This document shows positions 17,374 to 25,937 of a stretch of DNA of 63,565 nt, piece after piece. This DNA is from a virus (lineage: Duplodnaviria > Caudoviricetes). The notes under the pieces are model-generated. The model had not been told where the DNA came from. It worked only from the letters and a program-made list of their open reading frames with translations, and searched no databases. Position 1 is the first letter of the stretch. Each line of letters begins with the position of its first letter. The DNA lies in the IMG/VR virus record IMGVR_UViG_3300021478_000029, positions 1 to 63,565 of that record; one strand, given 5' to 3'. Position numbers and translations under genes: made by a program.

Positions 17374-17440
17374 GCGGGGCTGACACATTCCGCCTTTTCG
17401 CCCTTGGGCAAGGCTTCGGACAATTAGGAGAGACAAAGTC

Positions 17441-18811
17441 ATGGCTACACTCGCGTCGCTCCGCCAGGCCCTCGGCAAGGCGGTTGATGAGCTTCCTGAC
17501 CTGGCGGGCACAAAGGATTTCGCCGAGGCGGAAAAGGCAATCGACGCGCTTGAGCGCCAGATTGCGGACCTTGAGCGGGCGCAGCGGCGCAGCGCGGCGC
17601 TGGCGCGTCCTGCCGGCGCCACCGGCTCCCTCGGCGCCGTTGATGAAACGAACCCGATGGAGCGGACCCTCACGCAGATACGCGCGATGGAGCCGGCCCG
17701 CGGCAAGCTCCGGGGCTTTGATGATTACCTGGCGCTGGCGCGCAAGGGGCTTGAATTCACGCCGGCACGTGACACGCACTACCGGAGCCTCGGCGAGCAG
17801 CTTCAATCCATTGCCCGGTATTATCTCGGCAAGGGCACTGATATGGACCCGCGCCTCGTCCGTGCGCCAACCGGCGCCAGTGAGGTCGATCCGACCGGCG
17901 GCGGCTTCCTTGTGCAAGTGGATTTCGCCGCGGCCATCTTCATGCTCGCGCACGACATGGGGCACCTGTTGGCGGAGGTGAACAAAATCCCGATCAGTGC
18001 CGGGTCCAATGGCCTGAAAATCCCCGGCGTTGATGAAACGTCCCGCGCCACCGGCTCCCGTTGGGGCGGCGTCACGTCAACCTGGATCGGGGAGGGGACA
18101 ACCGTCACACCGTCGCGGCCGAAATTCCGCATCGTGGAGTTCGACCTGAAGAAAATGATGTCACTGATGTATGTCACTGATGAGTTGCTTCAGGACAGCA
18201 CCGCATTGACCGGCATCGCTTCGCAGGCCTTCGCGGAGGAAATTGTCTGGATGACGGAGGACGCCATTTTCGAGGGGAGCGGCGCCGGTATGCCGCTCGG
18301 GATCATGGGGAGCGGCGCCAAGATCGCCGTGGCGAAGGATAGCGGCCAGCTCACCGGCACGTTCACGGCTTCCAACGCCATGAATATGTGGTCGCGTCTC
18401 TGGGCGCGGAGCATGTCAAACGCGAAGTGGTATATGCAACAGGACGTTCTACCTCAGTTGATGGGCATGAGTGTCGGCGTCAGCACCGCCGGCGGTCAGT
18501 TGGTTTACATGCCGCCGGGCGGACTGTCCGGAGCTCCCTACGGGACCTTGATGGGCCGCGAAGTGATCTTCACTGAGTATGCCAACGCGCTCTCCACGGA
18601 GGGGGACGTGATGCTCGCGGACCTGTCGCAATACACGCTCGTTGATAAAAACGGCGTCCAGGCCGCAACGAGCGTGCACGTGGCCTTCAACACTGATGAA
18701 ATGGTTTTCCGCATCACGTATCGCGTCGATGGCAAGCCGATGTGGTATTTGCCGTTAACGCCGGCCAAGGGCGCAACCAAGAGCCCGTTCATCACGCTGG
18801 CCACACGCTGA
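17441..18811 (+). CDS. Major capsid protein (HK97 fold, N-terminal delta domain)
   Basis: GGFLV, TDELLQDS, GSGAGMPLGI, FRITYRVDG; AGGAG SD. Confidence 0.95.
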   Translation: MATLASLRQALGKAVDELPDLAGTKDFAEAEKAIDALERQIADLERAQRRSAALARPAGATGSLGAVDETNPMERTLTQIRAMEPARGKLRGFDDYLALARKGLEFTPARDTHYRSLGEQLQSIARYYLGKGTDMDPRLVRAPTGASEVDPTGGGFLVQVDFAAAIFMLAHDMGHLLAEVNKIPISAGSNGLKIPGVDETSRATGSRWGGVTSTWIGEGTTVTPSRPKFRIVEFDLKKMMSLMYVTDELLQDSTALTGIASQAFAEEIVWMTEDAIFEGSGAGMPLGIMGSGAKIAVAKDSGQLTGTFTASNAMNMWSRLWARSMSNAKWYMQQDVLPQLMGMSVGVSTAGGQLVYMPPGGLSGAPYGTLMGREVIFTEYANALSTEGDVMLADLSQYTLVDKNGVQAATSVHVAFNTDEMVFRITYRVDGKPMWYLPLTPAKGATKSPFITLATR

Positions 18812-18922
18812 ATCCGGCGCGCCTGGCGCCGCTTCCCGCAATACTTTGACTGACGCCGGCGCGGCTCCCCATCGCGCCGTTTTCAATTTGCCGCTTTGGG
18901 GGGCGGTAGGAGTAACAGTCAA

Positions 18923-19411
18923 ATGGCTCGGCAATTCTCACTGGTCGCACAAATCCCGCCCGTCATGCTCTTGGCACCGGCCGCGGATGCCGCGGGGCGT
19001 GCGGCTCCGTTCCGCTCGCTCCGCAACGCGCTCAAGGCCTACATCGTCGCGCATATCAACCAAGGCGCCGCGAACACCGTGCAGCTTTCCGTGATGCAGG
19101 CAACCAACGTCGCCGGCGCCTCCGGCAAGGCCGTGACCGCCGTGCCGATCTGGTCAAACCTCAACACCGCGACGAATGATACGCTCGCCGCACGGACCGC
19201 CGCGGCTACCTACACGACGGACGCCGGCCTGACGGACAAACTCGTGGTCTTTGAGATAACGCCGGAATCCTGCATGGACCTGGCCAACGGGTTTGACTGC
19301 ATCAGCTTGAGCACCGGCGCGTCAAACGCCTTGAACATCACTGAGGCGCAACTCCACGTGCTCGGCAGCTTCCAGGGTGCAACGCCGATCAACACCTATA
19401 CCGACATCTGA
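18923..19411 (+). CDS. Probable head decoration/cement protein
   Basis: Beta-rich protein directly after capsid; ATG 18923 with AGGAG SD. Confidence 0.6.
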   Translation: MARQFSLVAQIPPVMLLAPAADAAGRAAPFRSLRNALKAYIVAHINQGAANTVQLSVMQATNVAGASGKAVTAVPIWSNLNTATNDTLAARTAAATYTTDAGLTDKLVVFEITPESCMDLANGFDCISLSTGASNALNITEAQLHVLGSFQGATPINTYTDI

Positions 19412-19440
19412 CAATGAAGGGCGGGGACTATGAGGACCGC

Positions 19441-19569
19441 ATGATGCGGTCCTCCCGCTACCTGACCAAGAAGGGCAAGGGCAAGGCAACGCGCGAGGCG
19501 CTGAAGGCGCAACGCAAGTCGGGCCGTAAGGGCGGAGCTTCACCGCCAGGCCAGCCGGAGCGGCGCTAG
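19441..19569 (+). CDS. Small highly basic peptide (42 aa)
   Basis: GAGGA SD; MMRSSRYLTKKGKGKATREALKAQRKSGRKGG...; stop abuts ATG 19570. Confidence 0.5.
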   Translation: MMRSSRYLTKKGKGKATREALKAQRKSGRKGGASPPGQPERR

Positions 19570-20214
19570 ATGCAGCGCGCGGTGACCATCAAAACGCCTC
19601 CCACGAACGAGCCGGTCACACGGGAAGTTGCCAAGCAACACGCGCGCATCTTCCATGATTCTGATGACACGCTGATCGACGGCTATTTGACCGCGGCGCG
19701 CGTCATGGTGGAGGCGCATACCTCACGCGCACTGGTCACGCAGACACTCACATGGTTGGAACAACCGGAGAACCCGCTCCGGCCCGTTGAGTGGCACTAT
19801 TACCGCCGCGGACGGCCTTTGATCTTCCCGCGCGCGCCAGTGCAAGCCGTGAACAGCGTTACCGTCACGGACCTGCTCGGCAACGCCTCCACCATTGCGC
19901 CGGCCGCGCTCCCGATTCCGCCGCCGACCTTGTTGAACGGCTACGCCACGGACCTGTTGATCTCACCGCAATGGTTGCGGTTCGGTCCGCAAACAGTCCT
20001 CGCGGACGGCCGCGCGCTCTGCCAGGTGAACATGGCGCACCTGGCCGTGGAGTTCATCGCCGGCTATCCGGACGGGACCGCCATCCCGCAACCGATCATT
20101 CAGGCGATCCTGCTCACCTTCGCGTTCCTCTATGAACACCGGGGTGATGCGGTGGCGGAGCTCCCGGACGCGGTTCAATGGTTGCTGACGCCGTATCGCC
20201 TGTTCTGGACCTAG
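19570..20214 (+). CDS. Head-tail connector (gp6-like)
   Basis: EPVTREVAKQHARI, QAILL...LYEHRGD, LLTPYR. Confidence 0.88.
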   Translation: MQRAVTIKTPPTNEPVTREVAKQHARIFHDSDDTLIDGYLTAARVMVEAHTSRALVTQTLTWLEQPENPLRPVEWHYYRRGRPLIFPRAPVQAVNSVTVTDLLGNASTIAPAALPIPPPTLLNGYATDLLISPQWLRFGPQTVLADGRALCQVNMAHLAVEFIAGYPDGTAIPQPIIQAILLTFAFLYEHRGDAVAELPDAVQWLLTPYRLFWT

Positions 20215-20320
20215 CCGACCGGATCAGCCTGCTTTCGGTTCATTGCCCGATTTGCAGCTGATGGAGGCGGCGGGACTGCCGCGGTCCCGCCGTCCTCTCT
20301 TCATTGATGGAGTGTTCCCC

Positions 20321-20635
20321 ATGACGGCACCGCGCCTCGGCGTCCTGCCCGTCGCCGCTGACTTGCCGACAGAGGTCCGCGCCTTGCTCCCGCCAGGCCA
20401 TGCCATCGTCGGGGAGGACCGGGCGGGGGACCGCTCAGTGATCCACCTGCTGATCGAGGGTCCGGACATGCCGGAATTCAAGCGTGAGGACCCGGCAACG
20501 GTTCTGCTAATGATCTTGCGTTTGGAGGCCGGGCCGCCGCGCCGACGCTTCGCCAGGTGGGAGCACCTGCCGGCGAAAGAGTGGGAGCTCCCGGCAGATA
20601 CCGTCCTGCATGGCTCACCGCTCCGGGAGGATTGA
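20321..20635 (+). CDS. Hypothetical protein
   Basis: ATG 20321 with GGAG SD. Confidence 0.55.
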   Translation: MTAPRLGVLPVAADLPTEVRALLPPGHAIVGEDRAGDRSVIHLLIEGPDMPEFKREDPATVLLMILRLEAGPPRRRFARWEHLPAKEWELPADTVLHGSPLRED

Positions 20636-20641
20636 GACGCC

Positions 20642-21031
20642 ATGCGAGTTGACCATTACGTGCACTTTGATCCGCTGATTATCACGGAGCAATCCGCGGC
20701 CTCCGTTGATGCGCTTGCCGCTCTCACCGCTGCGGTCAATGACTTACGAAAGGACATCGAAACTATGTCGGCAACTCAAAGCCAACTCGACGCTGATATT
20801 GCGGACCTGCAATCCAAGGTCGCCGCAAACACGAGCGAATCGCAATCCGCTGTCACGCTCATGAACGGTATCCCGGGCATGATTTCTGATGCGGTCAGCA
20901 AGGCGGTTGCAGCCGGCGCGTCCCCGACGCAACTGGCGGCCATCACAGCGCTTGGCGACGCGCTCGCCGCCAACACGACCGGCCTTGCCGGCGCCGTCAC
21001 GGCGAACACGCCGTCAGCGCCGACGGCATAA
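20642..21031 (+). CDS. Ala-rich helical phage protein
   Basis: Heptad-like LDADIADLQSKVAAN...LAGAVTANTP. Confidence 0.7.
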   Translation: MRVDHYVHFDPLIITEQSAASVDALAALTAAVNDLRKDIETMSATQSQLDADIADLQSKVAANTSESQSAVTLMNGIPGMISDAVSKAVAAGASPTQLAAITALGDALAANTTGLAGAVTANTPSAPTA

Positions 21032-21216
21032 CCCTCCGGCATGGAGGTGTCGGACGTGCCGCCACCGCCGCACCTGGCGGAATTTGAGGCGACTATCATG
21101 GCGGACACCTATCCTGCCGTCATCATGATCGACCGTGATCTGGCGCGCCACCTATTGCGGTATGTCCGTGACGTGGAGCGGCGGCTCACGGCCGCTGAAG
21201 AAGGGTCCTTCTGGTA

Positions 21217-21582
21217 ATGGCGGACCCGTTTGAAATCGGCCAACTTCGGCATCCCGTCACCATCGCGGAGCGAAACCAAGCCGCCGCGGCCGGTGGCGGG
21301 ATCTCGGAAACCTTGACCAACCTGGCCTCCGTGTGGGCTCAAATTGAGCCGGTTGGCGCGCTGACGTTCTACTCCGGCGTTCAAGTGGATACGCCGATCA
21401 CTCATAGGGTCCGGCTCCGTTGGATGGACTGGATTGACACGACACACGTGTTGATCCGGGAGCTCCGCCGCCCGGACGGCACGATCCGGACGGAAACCTA
21501 TCGAATCCGCCGCGTCAAAGAGGACAGCACGGCCGGGCTCCGGTGGAGCGATCTTGAGTGTGAATTGGAAAAGCGGGAATGA
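21217..21582 (+). CDS. Head closure / head-tail adaptor
   Basis: GQLRHPVTI, VWAQIEP, THRVRLRW. Confidence 0.85.
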   Translation: MADPFEIGQLRHPVTIAERNQAAAAGGGISETLTNLASVWAQIEPVGALTFYSGVQVDTPITHRVRLRWMDWIDTTHVLIRELRRPDGTIRTETYRIRRVKEDSTAGLRWSDLECELEKRE

Positions 21583-21592
21583 GGCCTAGGCC

Positions 21593-21775
21593 ATGAGTGA
21601 GCTATCTGACCAACTCATTGCCGGCCTAGAACGGCTAGGCAGTGACGCCTATCGACTTGAACTCGTGGCACTCAACGGCAGTGTGCCGGAGGATGTTCGT
21701 AAGCAGGTAAGTGACATCGCTGGACGCCTGGCGGTGGGAATCGACGCGTTACGGACGCTTGCCGGGGGAGCGTGA
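21593..21775 (+). CDS. Hypothetical protein
   Basis: 60 aa filling a gap in the late operon. Confidence 0.5.
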   Translation: MSELSDQLIAGLERLGSDAYRLELVALNGSVPEDVRKQVSDIAGRLAVGIDALRTLAGGA

Positions 21776-21778
21776 CCC

Positions 21779-22303
21779 ATGGCCTCCGGCCTCAAGATCG
21801 TCGTCCCCGCCTATACCCTGAGTTACGACCGGGCCGCGCTTCGTAAGGTTCTCCGGAGCGCTGGCGCTGAAGTCGCCGCGCTGGCGCGCTCCATGATCCG
21901 GAACGCGAGCGGCGGGGGGCGAACCTACTCAAAGCCCGGCGGAGGCCGCTACAGCGCGTCCGTGGCGGGCTCACCGCCGGTTTCCCGGACGGGAGCGCTG
22001 GCGAGCTCCATCCGCGTCCAGACGCGCTCGAAAGGGCTTTCCGTGCGGATCATTGATGCGATGTTCTACAGCCGATTCCTGGAAACCGGCGCGCAAGGCG
22101 GCGGGGGCGCGAAGGGCTCACGCAACGTCCGCAAACGGGTCAGCGGCCGGCGTGGCAAATACGTGCTGATGCAAGTGGTCGGCCGGCGGCAGATGGCGCC
22201 GCGGCCGTTCCTCTCCGTCGCCATGGAGCAAAAGGGCGATTCGATCAGCGTCCGCGTCCGGGACGCCGTGATCCAGGGTATTGCGTTCAAACGCCAGAAA
22301 TGA
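21779..22303 (+). CDS. HK97 gp10-like neck/tail-completion protein
   Basis: SRTGALASSI, FLETG, MAPRPFL. Confidence 0.82.
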   Translation: MASGLKIVVPAYTLSYDRAALRKVLRSAGAEVAALARSMIRNASGGGRTYSKPGGGRYSASVAGSPPVSRTGALASSIRVQTRSKGLSVRIIDAMFYSRFLETGAQGGGGAKGSRNVRKRVSGRRGKYVLMQVVGRRQMAPRPFLSVAMEQKGDSISVRVRDAVIQGIAFKRQK

Positions 22304-22866
22304 ATCTCGTCACCGTCATCGACCAGGTCCGCACCTATTGCCCGGCGCTCGGCGGACGCGTGTCCGGGGCGGCTGACTTCGCCGCCGGTCTGGAAAGCAC
22401 CGTCAACCTGGCGCTTCCGTCCGCCTTCATTCTCCGCCTTGAGGATGCGGTCACGGACAATGACCAGCAACCCGGGCTTCAACAGTTGGTCACGGAGCGC
22501 ATGGGCGTTGTCGTGGAGTTTGACAACACGACCAACGGGGACGCGGACCGCCGGACCGGCTTCGCCGGCACGAATCAGACGGATGATATGCGGGGCGCGC
22601 TATGGGCAGCGCTGCTCACCTGGCTTCCGCCGGAGCTCACGGGGCGGGCGCGTCAGGGCTTCAGCTATGGCGGCGGGCACCTGCTCGACTTTGACCGCGC
22701 GCGGCTTTTCTGGCAATTTGAATTCACGTTGGAACTCACACTGACTGACGCGGACGGCTTCCCGCTCCGTGGCGATCCGCTGAGGGACGCGCAAGGCACC
22801 ATCACGGTCGCCGTTAACGCGCCTGCTGTGCCGGTCATTACCTTCGACGTTCTTGTGCCGCCGTGA
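22300..22866 (+). CDS. Tail terminator-like protein
   Basis: Position before the sheath; LWAALLTW, YGGGHLLDFDRARLFWQFEF. Confidence 0.7.
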   Translation: MNLVTVIDQVRTYCPALGGRVSGAADFAAGLESTVNLALPSAFILRLEDAVTDNDQQPGLQQLVTERMGVVVEFDNTTNGDADRRTGFAGTNQTDDMRGALWAALLTWLPPELTGRARQGFSYGGGHLLDFDRARLFWQFEFTLELTLTDADGFPLRGDPLRDAQGTITVAVNAPAVPVITFDVLVPP

Positions 22867-22887
22867 CCCCCTAAACGGAGCTCCACC

Positions 22888-23121
22888 ATGTATGTCAAAC
22901 CCGCGCCACGTCCGGAGCACCTGAAGACGCCGGAGGCTCCGGACCATCTGATCGTGCGCGACCCTGTCAGCGGCCAGGTCATGCCGGCAGAGGGCCGCCA
23001 CGTGCCGGACAATGACCTCTACTGGCACAAGCGCTTGCTTGAAGGGGACATCATCGAGGCGAAACCGCCGGCCGCTCCGGAGCCGGAGCAAGAGCCGGCC
23101 GCGCCGTCAGACAAAGCATAA
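22888..23121 (+). CDS. Mu gp38-like (DUF2635) protein
   Basis: MYVKPAP...VRDP...PAEG..VP...YWHKRLLEGDI. Confidence 0.8.
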   Translation: MYVKPAPRPEHLKTPEAPDHLIVRDPVSGQVMPAEGRHVPDNDLYWHKRLLEGDIIEAKPPAAPEPEQEPAAPSDKA

Positions 23122-23133
23122 GGGGACCGCATC

Positions 23134-24618
23134 ATGGCCGCGCTCGGGTTCAAATACTTTCCCGCAATGTCCTGGCGCCCGAGTGGCGTCTATGCGGAGT
23201 TCGATCCAAGCCAAGCGAACACCGCGCCGCAAAACATGCGCGCGCTCATCGTGGGGCAAATTCTGGCGTCCGGGAGTGCCGTCCCGAACGTCCCCGTGTT
23301 GGCCTACAGCCAAGATCAGGTCAACGCACTTTGCGGCCCGTTCTCCATGCTGGCGCTGATGTATGCCGCCTATCGGTTGCAGGATCAGTATGGCGAGGTT
23401 TGGATACTGCCGGTGCAGGACGCGGGCGCCGGCGTAGCCGGCACGCAGACTTTGACACTCGGCGGGACCGCTACCGGCGCCGGCACGCTCGCGCTCTATA
23501 TCAACGGCGTGCCGCTCCCGGTTGCCGTCAACAGCGGGGACACTGCCGCCGTCGTCGCCGGCAACGTCCTGCTCGCCGTCAATGCCGCGGCCGTCCCGGT
23601 CACCGCCTCCGCCGCCGGGCCGATCATAACCCTGACATCCGACCACAAGGGCCTGGCCGTCGCGGACATGGATGTTCGCGTGAATTACTACGGGATCGCT
23701 AACGGGGAGGTCCTGCCGGCCGGCATCACGGCCGCGGTCGCCGCCGGCGTTGCCGGCACGACCAACCCAACATTCACCACGGCTTTCGCCAACCTCGGGA
23801 CGCAGCCTTTCGATTTCATCGTGTTCCCCTACACGGACGCGGTATCAATGATCGCGGTGGAGGGCCTGCTATCCGATCAAAGCGGCCGGTGGAGCGCGGT
23901 TCAAATGCTCTACGGTCACGCCTTTACTGCCACGCGCGGCACGGTGGGGACCCGTGCGACGTTCGGCAACACGCGCAACAGTCAGCACGTCACCTGCCTC
24001 GGCTATTACGATTCCCCGACGCCGATCTATATTGCAGCGGCGGACTTCGCCGGCGCGCACGCGGCGCGCCTCCGGGTCAATCCCGCGCAAGGCGTGGCGG
24101 AGCAATCCCTAAACCTGCTCGCGCCTCCGCTGGCCTCGCAGGACTCGATTGGCAACCGAAACACCTTGCTATGGGATGGCATCTCGACATTCTACGTCGA
24201 CTCCGCCGGACAGTGCCGGATCGACCGCTCCGTGACGATGTATCAGAAAAACGCAGCAGGGAGCTTTGACGACTCCTACCTCAACACGAACCTGCTCTTC
24301 CAGGCGGCCTATGCGGCACGCTACATCGCGGCCCGCCTCGCGAGTGAGTTCATTCAGCCCGGGCGCATCCTGGTCGCGGACGGCACGAGCATCCCCATGG
24401 GAGCTCCCGCCACAACGCCGTCACTGATCTTTCAAGCGGTGTGCGGCTATTACTCCTACCTGACGAGCATCTTCATTGTGCAGAACCTTCAGACATTCTC
24501 GCGCAACGGCTACGCTCAACCTGGTTCAAAAGGGCAGGTGCAGTTGTTCTTGCCGTTCGACTTCAGTGACCAAGTAATACAGATTGCGGCTTTAATACAG
24601 TTCCGTCAAAGCACGTAA
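23134..24618 (+). CDS. Tail sheath protein (Mu gpL-like)
   Basis: YAEFDPSQAN, FDFIVFPYTD, RNTLLWDGIST, YQKNAAGSFDDSYL. Confidence 0.93.
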   Translation: MAALGFKYFPAMSWRPSGVYAEFDPSQANTAPQNMRALIVGQILASGSAVPNVPVLAYSQDQVNALCGPFSMLALMYAAYRLQDQYGEVWILPVQDAGAGVAGTQTLTLGGTATGAGTLALYINGVPLPVAVNSGDTAAVVAGNVLLAVNAAAVPVTASAAGPIITLTSDHKGLAVADMDVRVNYYGIANGEVLPAGITAAVAAGVAGTTNPTFTTAFANLGTQPFDFIVFPYTDAVSMIAVEGLLSDQSGRWSAVQMLYGHAFTATRGTVGTRATFGNTRNSQHVTCLGYYDSPTPIYIAAADFAGAHAARLRVNPAQGVAEQSLNLLAPPLASQDSIGNRNTLLWDGISTFYVDSAGQCRIDRSVTMYQKNAAGSFDDSYLNTNLLFQAAYAARYIAARLASEFIQPGRILVADGTSIPMGAPATTPSLIFQAVCGYYSYLTSIFIVQNLQTFSRNGYAQPGSKGQVQLFLPFDFSDQVIQIAALIQFRQST

Positions 24619-24631
24619 CGAGTAGGTAATA

Positions 24632-24949
24632 ATGCGCCTAGCATTGCTCACGTGTGTCCTGGCGGTGGCGTGCTCCACGGCGCAACAAGGGCAGATGACT
24701 TCAGCACTCGATACTCCGCCCGGGCAACTCTTCTGCAAATTACAGACAAACGGCGGTGGCGCGCTGATCGTCGCGGTGGTGAATGTTGCCGTGTCAGCCT
24801 ATGCGGCGCCGGTGGCGCCGATGGCAGTCATTGCCACCGGAGCGACCAAGGCAACGGTAGATCAAGCCTGCAATCAAGCGGGCGGCGTGCCAGTGCCGCC
24901 GCCGCCTGATCCGGCCAGCGCGCCGAAAGTTCTAGTGTCCGTCTCCTAG
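24632..24949 (+). CDS. Lipoprotein
   Basis: Lipobox LAVA-C after MR and a hydrophobic stretch. Confidence 0.65.
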   Translation: MRLALLTCVLAVACSTAQQGQMTSALDTPPGQLFCKLQTNGGGALIVAVVNVAVSAYAAPVAPMAVIATGATKATVDQACNQAGGVPVPPPPDPASAPKVLVSVS

Positions 24950-24967
24950 GATTGAAAAGGCAAGGTC

Positions 24968-25369
24968 ATGTCAGGAACACTCGCACCGTCTACCCCAACC
25001 AATCGCAGAGTTGCAGGTGTGACTAGCTTCTCGGTAAATGGAAGCATGTTCGCCGTTACTGAGTTTGCGTGGGACCCGGGCACGATCCAACGGGAAACCA
25101 TGACATCCCTCTCCGGTGTGGACGGCTACCGTGAGACGCCAATCTCGCCCTACATCAGCGGTAAGTTCCGTGACAGTCAAAACGTCAACGTCACCGGCTT
25201 CGTCGGACTGACCAATGCAACCGTGGTCGTGCAGTTGGCGAACGGGAAGCAGGTCGTGGGTCATAATCTTTGGTTCGTCGGCCGTCCTGGCGTCAGTGGA
25301 GCGGATGGGACGTTTGATTTTCGTTTTGAGGGCACCGCCGGGACGGTCACTGAGCTCGGTAACGCATGA
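24968..25369 (+). CDS. Tail tube protein (Mu gpM-like)
   Basis: RETMTSLSGVDGYRETPISPYISG, TNATVVVQLANGK. Confidence 0.9.
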   Translation: MSGTLAPSTPTNRRVAGVTSFSVNGSMFAVTEFAWDPGTIQRETMTSLSGVDGYRETPISPYISGKFRDSQNVNVTGFVGLTNATVVVQLANGKQVVGHNLWFVGRPGVSGADGTFDFRFEGTAGTVTELGNA

Positions 25370-25740
25370 TGGATACAGCGGTCCTCGCCACGCCGGCGGC
25401 GGATGACCTGCCGGCTTACCAAGCGCCTCCCGAGCCCGTCACCTGGACATTTCCCTCGCCGATCCAATTCGGTTCCGCTTCCTACACGTCATTGACGCTC
25501 CGGGCGCCGACTGCGGCGGAGGTCCTGAAAGCCAACGCGCTCCCGGGCACCGCGCCGCTTGATATGACCGTGCGGCTGATCTGTGCCGTCAGTGGCGACG
25601 CCATCCCCTATGAGGCCGCGATCCTGTTGCCGGCGTGGATCATCGGCCAGATGGCGGACTATATGGACAGCTTCGCCGGAGCTCCGTTGCCGGTCCCTTT
25701 GGAAATCTGGCGCCGGGCTCGCGTCGCCGCGTTGCGCTAG
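25366..25740 (+). CDS. Tail assembly chaperone
   Basis: Between tube and tape measure; LTLRAPTAAEV. Confidence 0.8.
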   Translation: MMDTAVLATPAADDLPAYQAPPEPVTWTFPSPIQFGSASYTSLTLRAPTAAEVLKANALPGTAPLDMTVRLICAVSGDAIPYEAAILLPAWIIGQMADYMDSFAGAPLPVPLEIWRRARVAALR

Positions 25741-25937
25741 AGCGCATCCCGTTCGCCTTCGCGCCGATGCCGGTCCTCCGCCTCGCGGTGGCGGATAGCG
25801 GCCTGGCGGCGGCGGCGGCCGTGGTCGGGCGCTTCTACGGTGAGGGCTTGCTATGGGCGCTCCACCTGCCGCTCCCGGAGCTCATCGCCTGGCGCGCGCT
25901 GATCCCCGCAGTGCGGAGGGCCGAAAATGTCTGGTAG
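25695..25937 (+). other. Probable -1 programmed frameshift extension of the tail chaperone
   Basis: C-CCT-TTG (X XXY YYZ) at 25695-25701; the -1 frame stays open to 25937 and ends in gpE'-like GRFYG...LPLPELIAW. Confidence 0.6.
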
